From NCBI GenBank assembly GCA_944393335.1, contig CALXZV010000001.1, positions 1-36,786 of the forward strand: a stretch of DNA of 36,786 nt, given 5' to 3'. Made by a program: the position numbers and the translations under genes. A model generated the notes under the pieces. It worked only from the letters and a program-made list of their open reading frames with translations. It did no database searches and was not told the DNA's origin. Positions 1 to 9,294 of the stretch are shown here, one piece after another (the first letter of the stretch is position 1; each line of letters begins with the position of its first letter). This stretch comes from an uncultured Clostridia bacterium (GTDB lineage Bacteria; Bacillota; Clostridia; TANB77; CAG-508).

Positions 1-11
1 AGGGAATTTAA

Positions 12-242
12 ATGTTTAAGAAAGAAAGAGGTATTACATTAATAGCATTAGTTGTTACAATTATAGTTCTATTAATATTAGCAGGTGTTGCAATTAGCTT
101 AACAATTGGTGACAAAGGTATATTCAAAAGAGCTGAAGATGCTGCTAATACTTGGAGAAATGCTGAAACAAACCAAACACGTGCATTTAATGGATTCACT
201 AGTGAGTATGACAGCGTTTATAACAGATATGTAGGCGATTAA
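12..242 (+). CDS. Short pilin-like protein with prepilin-type (class III) signal peptide
   Basis: 76 aa. The N-terminus MFKKERG/ITLIALVVTIIVLLILAGV is a basic leader ending in Gly followed by about 20 hydrophobic residues. It heads the pilD-pilB-pilT-pilC cluster. Confidence 0.7.
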   Translation: MFKKERGITLIALVVTIIVLLILAGVAISLTIGDKGIFKRAEDAANTWRNAETNQTRAFNGFTSEYDSVYNRYVGD

Positions 243-293
243 TAAATTCACAATTAAAAATCTCTATTATTTTATATAATAGTACTAAATATG

Positions 294-335
294 GAGGTTA
301 CCTAAATTATTCGTATTTAGGTAGCCTCTATTATA
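294..335 (+). terminator. Stem-loop after the pilin gene (possible attenuating terminator)
   Basis: gaggttacctaaat (294-307) pairs with atttaggtagcctc (315-328), 14 bp with one G-T pair. The downstream T tract is weak. Confidence 0.45.
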
Positions 336-395
336 CTAGTAGAGAGTAGTTATACTTAAAAAGGTTAATTATTCTTATTTAAAAAGGAAAATGCA

Positions 396-1190
396 ATGAA
401 CATAATTTTATATATAATAATATTTATAATGGGAAGCGTTTTTGGAAGCTTTTTGACACTTGCAACCTACAGAATACCTTTAAACGAAGACATAACACAT
501 AAGCATTCATATTGCCCAAAATGCAACCATAAACTTAGCTTTTTAGATATGATTCCAATTCTTAGTTATTTATGTATTAAAGGAAGATGCAGATATTGCA
601 AAGCCAAAATAAGTCCACGATATTTTATAATAGAAATATTATGTGGTTTATCATTTGTACTACTTGCACTTACTCTTGGAGTAAATGTATATACTATAAA
701 TGCAAATGTAATTATCAACTTCATTTTAGGAGCTTTGTATATTGTTTTCTTATTTTTAATAGCGGGTATAGACATAGAACACCATTATATAGATAAACGT
801 GTATTGGTATATGGAATAGTTGTTCTTTTCTTTTCTTTAATATATGAATTTATTTATGGACAAGATTTTAACGTAAATAGAGTTGTAATTTATTTTGTAA
901 TTATAATGATAGTGTTACTTGTAAATACATTTGAAATAAAGAAAAAAGGCAAAGACAGTTATGCAATAAATATTATACTTTTATGCTTTATAATGACAAT
1001 GTTTACTTATGAAATAGTTACTATTATTTCAATAATAATGACTTTATTTATGATAGCATTTTATGAAATAATCGATTCTATAGTAAAGAAAAACAAAGAT
1101 AAAAATAAAGAACAAAAGATACCTATAGCATTTTATCTATGTATTGCTAACTGCATAACAATTTTTATAACAAATGTTATCTTAATATAG
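396..1190 (+). CDS. pilD: Prepilin peptidase (A24 family, PilD/ComC-like)
   Basis: 264 aa polytopic membrane protein. The N-terminal CPKCNHKLSFLDMIPILSYL..GRCRYCKAKIS four-Cys motif is typical of prepilin peptidases. Confidence 0.9.
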   Translation: MNIILYIIIFIMGSVFGSFLTLATYRIPLNEDITHKHSYCPKCNHKLSFLDMIPILSYLCIKGRCRYCKAKISPRYFIIEILCGLSFVLLALTLGVNVYTINANVIINFILGALYIVFLFLIAGIDIEHHYIDKRVLVYGIVVLFFSLIYEFIYGQDFNVNRVVIYFVIIMIVLLVNTFEIKKKGKDSYAINIILLCFIMTMFTYEIVTIISIIMTLFMIAFYEIIDSIVKKNKDKNKEQKIPIAFYLCIANCITIFITNVILI

Positions 1191-1201
1191 TAGGTGATTA
1201 A

Positions 1202-1627
1202 ATGAAAAAAATTATGGCAAAATTTAATAAAGAACATGGCGCAACAGCTTTAGACATAACTACTGGTGCTTTAATATTTATACTGTTTACATCAATTATT
1301 TTTACATTATATTTGCTAATATATAAGCAATCTTCACTTATAAAAATTCATCAAGATGCAATGGGCTATATGATTCAAATTTGTGAAGATATTGATATGC
1401 AAGATTATATTGTGACAGAAGATTTGGAAGGATATAAAAATCAAATAATTAATAAAATAAATTTACCAGAAGATAGATATACACTAACTTTACAGCAAGA
1501 AAAATATATTGATACTCACCCAGAAGCAAATGATATTGTGAAAAAAATTATTGTAAATATTAAATATACTTTTGACAATGAAGAAAGAGACATAGAAATA
1601 GCAAAGATAAAAGTTAAAGAGCAATGA
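1202..1627 (+). CDS. Hypothetical membrane-anchored protein, possible minor pilin or pilus accessory protein
   Basis: 141 aa with an AGGTGA RBS. It has a single N-terminal hydrophobic segment (ITTGALIFILFTSIIFTLYLLIY) and sits between pilD and a pseudopilin gene. I recognise no family. Confidence 0.5.
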   Translation: MKKIMAKFNKEHGATALDITTGALIFILFTSIIFTLYLLIYKQSSLIKIHQDAMGYMIQICEDIDMQDYIVTEDLEGYKNQIINKINLPEDRYTLTLQQEKYIDTHPEANDIVKKIIVNIKYTFDNEERDIEIAKIKVKEQ

Positions 1628-1655
1628 TATAAATTTTATTAGAAAGGAATGAAGT

Positions 1656-2114
1656 ATGAAGTCTGAAAAAGGTATAACTTTAATAATACTAGGAATTTAT
1701 GTTGTAGTTTTTAGTATAGTTATAGCACTTTTAGCAAGTTTAAGCAGTTATATTTATAACAACTTAGGCGGTATTAGTGACAGTAGTATAGATGCAGTAG
1801 AGTTTAACAAATTTAATATGTATTTTGTCGAAGATGTAAAAACAAATAAGCAAGCGCTTGTAAGAAAACTTGCTGATGACAATAACAGGGAATTTATTCA
1901 AATTGCTTTTCCAGATGGAGATGTTTACACATATACTATAGGAGATGACAGCATATATAAGAATAATCAAAAAATTGCTAAGGATATATCTGATTTTAAT
2001 GCAGAGGGATTTTTAAAAGGCGATAAAATGTATATAGAAGTATCAATAAAAATAGGAACAGATGAAGAAACAAATTACAACAAAACAATTGATTATGTTT
2101 TAAAATATTGGTGA
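1656..2114 (+). CDS. Pseudopilin-like protein with prepilin-type leader
   Basis: 152 aa. MKSEKG/ITLIILGIYVVVFSIVIALLA has the same K-x-x-G/ITLI leader as ORFs 12-242 and 30923-31666. Confidence 0.6.
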   Translation: MKSEKGITLIILGIYVVVFSIVIALLASLSSYIYNNLGGISDSSIDAVEFNKFNMYFVEDVKTNKQALVRKLADDNNREFIQIAFPDGDVYTYTIGDDSIYKNNQKIAKDISDFNAEGFLKGDKMYIEVSIKIGTDEETNYNKTIDYVLKYW

Positions 2115-2131
2115 TTTGAAAGGAGATAAAA

Positions 2132-3760
2132 ATGGCTACAAATCAAAGACTACCTTTAGGTATAGAACTTGTAAAAAGAGGTATTGTAAAGCAAGAAGAT
2201 ATTACTCAAGCTTTGGAATATCAAATGACACATCCAAAGGAAAAATTGGGTGATATATTAAATGATCTAAGATTAGCAGACCCCAAGCTATTATTAAATG
2301 CAATGGGGGATGTCTTTGGTGAGAAAGTAATTTATTTAACTGATGAAGATGTAAAAATAGATTTAACAAAATATATTTCTGTTGATATTGCAAAAGAATC
2401 AAATGCAATACCTTTTGAAGTAGATAATGGTACAATAAAGGTTTGCTTTGCTGATGTAAGTAATAAGAGCCAAGTAGAAACTGTTAGACTATTAATGCTT
2501 AACAAAGGCTTAGTAATGGAAAGATACATTACATTTAAGTCAAATATTGAAAAGGTATTAAATACAATTACGACTGTTTCTACAGAAACGATTGACACAG
2601 ATGCTACCGGAACTACAATAGTAGATAACATTATTAGAAATGCAATGGCAAAAAGAGCAAGTGATATTCATGTTGAGCCACTTGAAGATAGTGTTAGAGT
2701 AAGATATAGAATTGATGGACAATTATTTACAGTTGCAAAAATAGATAAAGAAAAACAAACTCAAATAATAGGTAGATTAAAAGCAATTTCTAATATGCAT
2801 CAAGAAAAGCAAGAACCTCAAGATGGTAGAATTATAATGTATCCAGACTACAATATTCGTGTATCTTCACAAAAAAATATACATGGAGAAAAATTTGTTT
2901 TAAGATTACTAAAAAAGGATACAGATATTAAGAGTTTGTTTGAATTAGGCTACCCAGAAGATCAAAAGTTGTTAAAAGATGCATTTGATAAAAGAAATAG
3001 TATAACAGTTATTGCTGCGCCTACTGGTGAAGGTAAAACAACAACACTTTATAGTGTTATAAATTACTTAGATAGGCCAGAAATAAATATAACAACAATT
3101 GAAGACCCAGTTGAAATTCGTATACCAGGCCTAAACCAAATTGAAATAGATAATAAAACAACATTTGCAGGATCTTTAAGAACAGTTTTAAGACAGGATC
3201 CAGATATTATTTTGGTAGGTGAAATAAGAGATCCAGAAACAGCAGAAATAGCAATGCAAGCTGGACAAACTGGTCACTATGTACTTTCTACAATACACAC
3301 AATAAATGCGATAGAAGTTGTATCAAGACTTAGAAAAATGGAAGTATCAAACTATGATATTTCAAGTACACTTGCTACATCAATTTCCCAAAGATTGATA
3401 AGAAAACTTTGTCCACATTGCAAACGAGAAAGAGAATTTACTGAAGAAGAAAAGAAAATAATTAAATCAATTGGACAAAAATATGGTGTTGAGTTTGATT
3501 TAACAAATGCAAAAACATATGATGCAGTTGGATGTGACAAATGCAATCAAAGTGGATATTTTGACAGAGTAGCAATATTTGAAACACTTCTTATTACAGA
3601 CCCAATAAAAGAGCTTATAGTTAATAATGCATCAACACTAGAAATTAGAGAAGAAGCATACAAAGAAGGCTATAAACCAATGATTATAGAAGGGTTAAAA
3701 AAGGTTATAAACGGAACTACAACATTAGAAGAGTTAAACAGTAAATTACTATTTTATTAG
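2132..3760 (+). CDS. pilB: Type IV pilus assembly ATPase (PilB/GspE family)
   Basis: 542 aa. It has an N-terminal MshEN-like domain, a Walker A APTGEGKTTT, GEIRD, and a C-terminal CPHC...CDKC tetracysteine motif. Confidence 0.9.
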   Translation: MATNQRLPLGIELVKRGIVKQEDITQALEYQMTHPKEKLGDILNDLRLADPKLLLNAMGDVFGEKVIYLTDEDVKIDLTKYISVDIAKESNAIPFEVDNGTIKVCFADVSNKSQVETVRLLMLNKGLVMERYITFKSNIEKVLNTITTVSTETIDTDATGTTIVDNIIRNAMAKRASDIHVEPLEDSVRVRYRIDGQLFTVAKIDKEKQTQIIGRLKAISNMHQEKQEPQDGRIIMYPDYNIRVSSQKNIHGEKFVLRLLKKDTDIKSLFELGYPEDQKLLKDAFDKRNSITVIAAPTGEGKTTTLYSVINYLDRPEINITTIEDPVEIRIPGLNQIEIDNKTTFAGSLRTVLRQDPDIILVGEIRDPETAEIAMQAGQTGHYVLSTIHTINAIEVVSRLRKMEVSNYDISSTLATSISQRLIRKLCPHCKREREFTEEEKKIIKSIGQKYGVEFDLTNAKTYDAVGCDKCNQSGYFDRVAIFETLLITDPIKELIVNNASTLEIREEAYKEGYKPMIIEGLKKVINGTTTLEELNSKLLFY

Positions 3761-3776
3761 AAAGGAAAAATAAATT

Positions 3777-4901
3777 ATGAATATAAATGCTATTTTATCG
3801 GAAGCTAAAAAAATGAAAGCATCAGACGTTCATTTTATACCTGGAATCAAGCCAAAAATAAGAGTAAATAGAGATTTAATAGAGCTTGAACAATATGAAC
3901 CTATAGACAAAGACGACATATTAGAAGTTTATGATTATTTCCTAAAAGGAAATGTTGACAAAGATGCTTATTTTAGGGAACACAAGGTTTTAGATACATC
4001 TGCAGAATTTGAAGATATACGTTTAAGAGTAAATATATCTTACTCTGATGGGCTTCCTGTCATAATTACAAGACTTATAAGAAATGAACTTCCAACATAT
4101 GAAGAACTTGGAGTTCCAGATATAGTTAGAAGAATGACAAATCAAACACAAGGTTTAATACTAGTTACGGGTAAGACAAACTCTGGTAAATCAACAACAC
4201 TTAATGCTTTAATTAACTATATAAATGATAATGATAATAAAAAAATACTTACACTAGAAAGCCCAGTAGAATACAAGCATAAGTGCAAAAAGTCAATAAT
4301 AGTACAAAAGGAAGTTGGAGTTGGTGGAGATGTACCATCATATAGTATAGGTACAAAGAACTCTTTAAGAGAAGACTGCGACATACTTGTAATAGGTGAG
4401 ATTAGAGATAAAGAAACAATGGAAGCAGCTATAGAAACAGCAGAATCAGGACATTTAGTAATAGGTACACTTCATACAAAATCATGTGCAGAAACTGTGG
4501 ATAGAATGATTAACTTCTATGAAGTAGGTGATCAATCACAAGTTAAATACCTAATTGCTTCTTTACTAAAATTGGTTATTTCTCAAAGATTAATTAAAAA
4601 TAAAAGGGGAACACTATCATTAGTACCAGAAGTAATGGTTGTAGATAATGTAGTATCTGGTTTAATAAGAAAAGAAAAACTAACTACTTCAGAAATAGAA
4701 GACGCTATACAAAGTGGTTCAGCAAATGGAAGTATAGGTTTAATAAATTCTCTTGCAAAATTATTTACAGATGATATAATTACTCTAGATCAAGCTAAGG
4801 CACAAGTTGAAGAAAAGAATATAGAAGTACTTAATAGAACAATAATGCAAATGAAATTGAAAAAAGAAGAAGCAGAAGACCAAAATTCTAATAATTATTA
4901 A
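3777..4901 (+). CDS. pilT: Type IV pilus retraction ATPase (PilT family)
   Basis: 374 aa. Motifs are Walker A GKTNSGKSTT, IGEIRD and GHLVIGTLHT. It lacks the long N-domain of PilB. Confidence 0.85.
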   Translation: MNINAILSEAKKMKASDVHFIPGIKPKIRVNRDLIELEQYEPIDKDDILEVYDYFLKGNVDKDAYFREHKVLDTSAEFEDIRLRVNISYSDGLPVIITRLIRNELPTYEELGVPDIVRRMTNQTQGLILVTGKTNSGKSTTLNALINYINDNDNKKILTLESPVEYKHKCKKSIIVQKEVGVGGDVPSYSIGTKNSLREDCDILVIGEIRDKETMEAAIETAESGHLVIGTLHTKSCAETVDRMINFYEVGDQSQVKYLIASLLKLVISQRLIKNKRGTLSLVPEVMVVDNVVSGLIRKEKLTTSEIEDAIQSGSANGSIGLINSLAKLFTDDIITLDQAKAQVEEKNIEVLNRTIMQMKLKKEEAEDQNSNNY

Positions 4902-4940
4902 TTACAAAAGCTAAAAATATAATAAAAGGAGGACTAAGTT

Positions 4941-6290
4941 ATGCCAGAGTATGTATACAAGGCGGTTGACGAAAATGGCATTGTTGTAAAAAATAGGGTT
5001 CAAGATAAAAGTAAACAGAACCTTATCAAAAAGCTTAAGATTAATGGACTAATGCCTATAAACGTTACTCAAGTAAGTTTTGGTAAATACAAAAAGGGCG
5101 GAATAAAAAGAAATGTAACAAATATTGATGAAATAATGCAATTAGCCAATTCCGCGAATATTGCACAAAAAAAGGACACAAGAAAATTCTCAATTGTTGA
5201 AAAATTGAATATGTCCTTAACTAAAACGCAAAAAGTAACAAGTAGAGATCTAGTTATATTTACTCAAAATTTGTATTTACTAAAAAAGGCTGGATTTAAC
5301 AATGTGCATGCATTAGGAACAATAATACAATCAACAGAAAATATTACCCTAAAAGGTATACTTGAAGATATATTAGCTGGTGTAGAAGCCGGAGATTACA
5401 TGTATACTACTATGGAATACTATTCTGATATATTCCCATATATATATATTAACTTAATAAAAGTTGGAGAATTATCAGGATCACTTGAAGAATCTTTAAG
5501 GCAAGCAGTGGAATATTTGGACTCATCAGATGCACTTAGCAAAAAATTAAAGAAAATATTAATACCAAATTTAGTACAATTTGTTGTACTTTTAGTGTTA
5601 TTATTCTTTGGAAGTATGTATGTGGTGCCAATTATTCAAGATATATTTGCACAAGTTGGAACAACAGAAAAATTGCCATCTTATACAATAGCATTTTCTA
5701 ACTTCTTAACAGCAATTCAGCAAAATTGGTTTATTCCAACGGTAATTATAACGGCTATTATAGTTGCTATAGCACTATATATTAGAACACCAAGAGGAAA
5801 ATATAGATGGGATTACTTTAAATATACAATGCCTATATTTGGACAGCTTATATTTGCTATAGACTTTTCAAGATTGACAAAGGCAATGATGTTAAACTTA
5901 AAAAATGGTATGAGAATTCAAGAGGCATTAGATGTAAGTAAAAACGTTGTAAAAAACTTGGTAATGCTTTCAATAATAGAAACAGCCATAAACAATATTA
6001 TAGTTGGTGACTCATGGGTTGAACCATTTGAAAAATCAGGATTAGCAGAACCTATGATAACAGAAATGTTAAAAATAGGTATGCAAACCGACTTACCAGC
6101 AATGATGGATAAATTGGTTGAATACATGGATATGGATATTGACCAAATCATAGAAAGAATAGTAAAAATATTGCCACAAATATTGTACTCAATAATAGGT
6201 GTTATAATTATACTTATTACAGTTGTAGTACTTGTACCTTGTATTCAAGTTTATATGGGTACGTTCTTATTCTCAGCAGCAGGATTCTAA
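4941..6290 (+). CDS. pilC: Type IV pilus platform protein (PilC/GspF family)
   Basis: 449 aa with two GspF-type repeats and three hydrophobic segments. It lies directly after pilB and pilT. Confidence 0.85.
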   Translation: MPEYVYKAVDENGIVVKNRVQDKSKQNLIKKLKINGLMPINVTQVSFGKYKKGGIKRNVTNIDEIMQLANSANIAQKKDTRKFSIVEKLNMSLTKTQKVTSRDLVIFTQNLYLLKKAGFNNVHALGTIIQSTENITLKGILEDILAGVEAGDYMYTTMEYYSDIFPYIYINLIKVGELSGSLEESLRQAVEYLDSSDALSKKLKKILIPNLVQFVVLLVLLFFGSMYVVPIIQDIFAQVGTTEKLPSYTIAFSNFLTAIQQNWFIPTVIITAIIVAIALYIRTPRGKYRWDYFKYTMPIFGQLIFAIDFSRLTKAMMLNLKNGMRIQEALDVSKNVVKNLVMLSIIETAINNIIVGDSWVEPFEKSGLAEPMITEMLKIGMQTDLPAMMDKLVEYMDMDIDQIIERIVKILPQILYSIIGVIIILITVVVLVPCIQVYMGTFLFSAAGF

Positions 6291-6315
6291 TGTTAATTGG
6301 AACAGTTATTGTTGA
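6291..6315. repeat. Degenerate type-1 repeat unit abutting the pilC stop codon
   Basis: tgttaattggaacagttattgttga resembles tgtcaattgggacggttctatttga but has several substitutions. Confidence 0.4.
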
Positions 6316-6497
6316 TTGTCAATTGGGACGGTTCTATTTGACACAATTAAATTAATACTTTATTCGCCAAACAATATATCTATTTTCACATTCTCGGCGC
6401 GGGTCGCTGCTTGCTCCAGCTTGAGAATGAAAAATAGACATATTGCTTTGGCTTTTAAATAGAATTTTGTGTCAATTAGAACCGTCCCAATTGACAA
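6316..6497 (+). mobile_element. 182-bp MITE-like element, copy A (type-1 units as terminal inverted repeats, GC-rich hairpin core)
   Basis: The left end ttgtcaattgggacggttctatttgacaca (6316-6345) is inverted at 6468-6497. The interior forms a long imperfect hairpin (6366-6452) capped by ggcgcgggtcgctgcttgctccagctt. It contains no ORF. Confidence 0.85.
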
Positions 6498-6516
6498 CAA
6501 AAAATAGGAGTATCAT

Positions 6517-7428
6517 ATGAAAATTGGAATAGACATTGGCGGTAGCCATGTTGCTACTGGTTTAGTAGATAAAAATGGTGAGCTTATTTCAAAAGAAAGT
6601 AGAGATATAAATATTTCTAATATAAAAGATGAAAAAAGAGTTGAAAGTCTACTTGTAGAAATTATAGAAAATGAAATCAGCATGCTTTTAGAAAAAAATG
6701 ATTTTACAGTAGGTGACATATCTAAAATTGGTATTGCAGTTCCAGGAAGCCCAAAAAACGGGAAAATTCGCAATTTGGTAAATTTACATATAAAAGAATT
6801 TAATTTGGGTGAAGAATTAAACAAAAAATACAAAGTAAATGTAAAGATAAAAAACGACGGAAAATGTGCAGGTTTAGCAGAAAAGAAATATGGCTCATTA
6901 AAAAAATACAAAGACTGTGTATTTTTATGCATAGGAACTGGAGTAGGAAGTGCTGTATTTTTAAATGATGATTTGTTAGAACCAAAGCAAAACCCGGGTT
7001 TTGAGTTTGGTCATATGGTTATCGACAAAGAAGGTAGAAAGTGCAATTGTGGAAAAAATGGATGTTTTGAAACATATGCCTCAATGAAAAGATTTAAGGC
7101 AGAAGCAATTAACACATTTAAAATGAGCAATACAACAGAAGCAGAAGAAGTGCAAATGTATATTAGAAAAAACATGGATAAAAAGAGAGTGAGAGACTTT
7201 GTAGATGAATATTTAGAAAATGTCAGCATTGGCCTTTCAAACATAATAAATATATTCGAGCCACAAGCTATTAGCTTTGGAGGAAGTTTTTCATATTATT
7301 GTGATATATTTTTGCCAATATTGAAAGAAAAATTGGATAAACTAAAATTTAATAAAGATACAAAAGTAGATTTAACTACAGCAAAATTAAAAAATGATGC
7401 AGGAATAATAGGAGCAACTGAAATATAA
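6517..7428 (+). CDS. glcK: ROK-family glucokinase
   Basis: 303 aa. It has the N-terminal ATP-binding motif MKIGIDIGGSHV and the ROK zinc motif GH..(x)..CNCGKNGCFE. Confidence 0.85.
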   Translation: MKIGIDIGGSHVATGLVDKNGELISKESRDINISNIKDEKRVESLLVEIIENEISMLLEKNDFTVGDISKIGIAVPGSPKNGKIRNLVNLHIKEFNLGEELNKKYKVNVKIKNDGKCAGLAEKKYGSLKKYKDCVFLCIGTGVGSAVFLNDDLLEPKQNPGFEFGHMVIDKEGRKCNCGKNGCFETYASMKRFKAEAINTFKMSNTTEAEEVQMYIRKNMDKKRVRDFVDEYLENVSIGLSNIINIFEPQAISFGGSFSYYCDIFLPILKEKLDKLKFNKDTKVDLTTAKLKNDAGIIGATEI

Positions 7429-7466
7429 AATATTTGTCTTTCAAATAATATTAAGCATAAGATAAA

Positions 7467-7496
7467 AATAGGCTTGTTTTCACTAACAAGCCTATT
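7467..7496. terminator. Bidirectional stem-loop between convergent glucokinase and small-ORF genes
   Basis: aataggcttgtt (7467-7478) pairs perfectly (12 bp) with aacaagcctatt (7485-7496). An A-run lies upstream and a T-rich stretch downstream. Confidence 0.65.
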
Positions 7497-7695
7497 AATT
7501 GTTTTCTTGATTATCTTCCTTTGAGTCTTTAGGATTTACATTTTCAGGAATGATAATAATTTGTTTTTGATTTTCTTCAGGTTTTTCCATAATTAAACTA
7601 TCTCTAACATTGGAAATATTTAAGTCTTTAGAATTACCTTTAACAATTTCAATTTTCTTTGGTTTACGCTCATTTTCATTATTTTCTTCTATCAT
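7495..7695 (-). CDS. Small acidic hypothetical protein
   Basis: 66 aa, rich in Glu, Asn and Lys. A GAGGTGG RBS lies about 6 nt upstream of the ATG. I recognise no family. Confidence 0.5.
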   Translation of the reverse strand: MIEENNENERKPKKIEIVKGNSKDLNISNVRDSLIMEKPEENQKQIIIIPENVNPKDSKEDNQENN

Positions 7696-7768
7696 AGTAC
7701 CACCTCATATTTTTAAATACTTAAACTTTATATAAAAAATATAACATAAAAAAATGAAGATGTCAAAG

Positions 7769-7950
7769 TTGTCAATTGGGACGGTTCTAATTGACACAAT
7801 TAAATTAATACTTTATTCGCCAAACAATATATCTATTTTCACATTCTCGGCGCGGGTCGCTGCTTGCTCCAGCTTGAGAATGAAAAATAGACATATTGCT
7901 TTGGCTTTTAAATAGAATTGTGTGTCAAATAGAACCGTCTCAATTGACAA
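7769..7950 (+). mobile_element. 182-bp MITE-like element, copy B (same orientation as copy A)
   Basis: The interior is identical by eye to copy A. I found only 4 substitutions, all in the terminal type-1 units (7769-7798 and 7921-7950). Confidence 0.85.
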
Positions 7951-7953
7951 CTT

Positions 7954-8220
7954 TTATAATCTCTTGAATTTCTCAACAATTGGATTTAATAAATCTTGAA
8001 CATCAATTTTAAGAACAACTGCAATTGCACAAATTTCATAATCTCTAACAGTTCTTTGATTATTCTCAATTCTATGCAAACTAGTTATTGGAAGATTTAC
8101 GTTTAGGAGCATTAATTGATTAGAAAGAGTTTCGAGAGATATACCTTTCTCTTTGCGTTTCTCTCTTAAGATTGGACCAATTAGGTTAAGATTACCCTCA
8201 TATTTTCCAAAATTATTCAT
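7954..8220 (-). CDS. XRE-family helix-turn-helix transcriptional regulator
   Basis: 88 aa. LREKRKEKGISLETLSNQL...SLHRIENNQRTVRDYEICAIAVVL is a typical Cro/C1 HTH. Confidence 0.8.
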   Translation of the reverse strand: MNNFGKYEGNLNLIGPILREKRKEKGISLETLSNQLMLLNVNLPITSLHRIENNQRTVRDYEICAIAVVLKIDVQDLLNPIVEKFKRL

Positions 8221-8367
8221 AAAATATCCTTTCTGCTATGTAAAGAAAATATGTATAATAGACAAAAAATTACATAAATATAAAAAATTTCAAATACAAA
8301 AATATTATATAAGTAAATTAAAAAATGCATATTACCACCAGTGTGAAAAAACGAGAAAATTTGTTCC

Positions 8368-8396
8368 TTGCAAACTTTAGTAATAGATGATATAAT
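8368..8396 (+). promoter_or_regulatory. Sigma-A-type promoter upstream of scpB
   Basis: TTGCAA (8368-8373), 17-nt spacer, TATAAT (8391-8396). Confidence 0.6.
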
Positions 8397-8501
8397 AAAT
8401 GCATTATAAAAATTGTGTAGAAACTGGGTTTTACAAGGACATAAAAGTAAAATATTTAAATATTAAAATAACAAAATATTATAAAAGGATAAAAAATAAA
8501 T

Positions 8502-9176
8502 ATGGAAAAAGAAAAATTAAAAGGGGTAATTGAAGCAATTTTATTTTCAGCAGGGAGAGTAGTAAAAATTAGAGAACTTATGACATTATTAGAAACAAAT
8601 TCAGATGAAATTATTTCTAGTATAGCTGAGCTTGAAAAAGAATATAATGCACCAGCTAGAGGTCTTGAAATAGTACGCGTAGAAGATGGCTATCAGATGG
8701 CTTCTAAAAAAGAATATCATGAATACATTTATCCAATGCTTAGCAAGAGTGCAAAACCAACTCTTTCGCAGGCTTCACTTGAAGTTCTTAGTATAATTGC
8801 TTACAACAGTAGAGCAACAAAAGCAGACATAGACACCATAAGAGGAGTAGACTCATCAGCTTCTTTATATAGGTTATTAGAATATAACTTAATTGAGCAA
8901 GCAGGTAAGGCTGACTTACCAGGTAAGCCAATGACCTATAAGGTAACAGACGAATTTCTAAAAATGTTTGGATTAAAGAGTATTAAAGAATTGCCAGATT
9001 TGCCTAAGTATAAATTGGATAGCAATAGACAAATAGTTATAGATGAGTTGGAAGATCAGGAGAGCAGCGCTGACAAAAATATGGATGAGGATAATGAACA
9101 AAATTACCAAGAAAATAGTAATTTGCAAAAAAATACGGAGGCTCCAGAACCAAAAGATGGTGAGGATAACATTTAA
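8502..9176 (+). CDS. scpB: Segregation and condensation protein B
   Basis: 224 aa. It aligns by eye to B. subtilis ScpB (IEAILFSAG..., LSQASLEVLSIIAY, IDTIRGVDS, FLKMFGLKSIKELP) and carries an acidic C-terminal extension. Confidence 0.9.
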   Translation: MEKEKLKGVIEAILFSAGRVVKIRELMTLLETNSDEIISSIAELEKEYNAPARGLEIVRVEDGYQMASKKEYHEYIYPMLSKSAKPTLSQASLEVLSIIAYNSRATKADIDTIRGVDSSASLYRLLEYNLIEQAGKADLPGKPMTYKVTDEFLKMFGLKSIKELPDLPKYKLDSNRQIVIDELEDQESSADKNMDEDNEQNYQENSNLQKNTEAPEPKDGEDNI

Positions 9177-9193
9177 AAGCTATTAGGATAAAA

Positions 9194-9294
9194 TTTTCAG
9201 TTGGGGACGGTCCTAAAACGAAAAAAATACGATTTTTATTTATTGAGCCATAATTGAATGATTTTTTCGTTTTAGGACCGTCCCCAACTGAAAA
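9194..9294. repeat. Type-2 repeat doublet (inverted pair) between convergent scpB and the DUF4364 gene
   Basis: ttttcagttggggacggtcctaaaacgaaaaaa (9194-9226) is inverted at 9262-9294. The spacer is about 35 nt, and the right arm abuts the stop codon at 9295. Confidence 0.85.
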
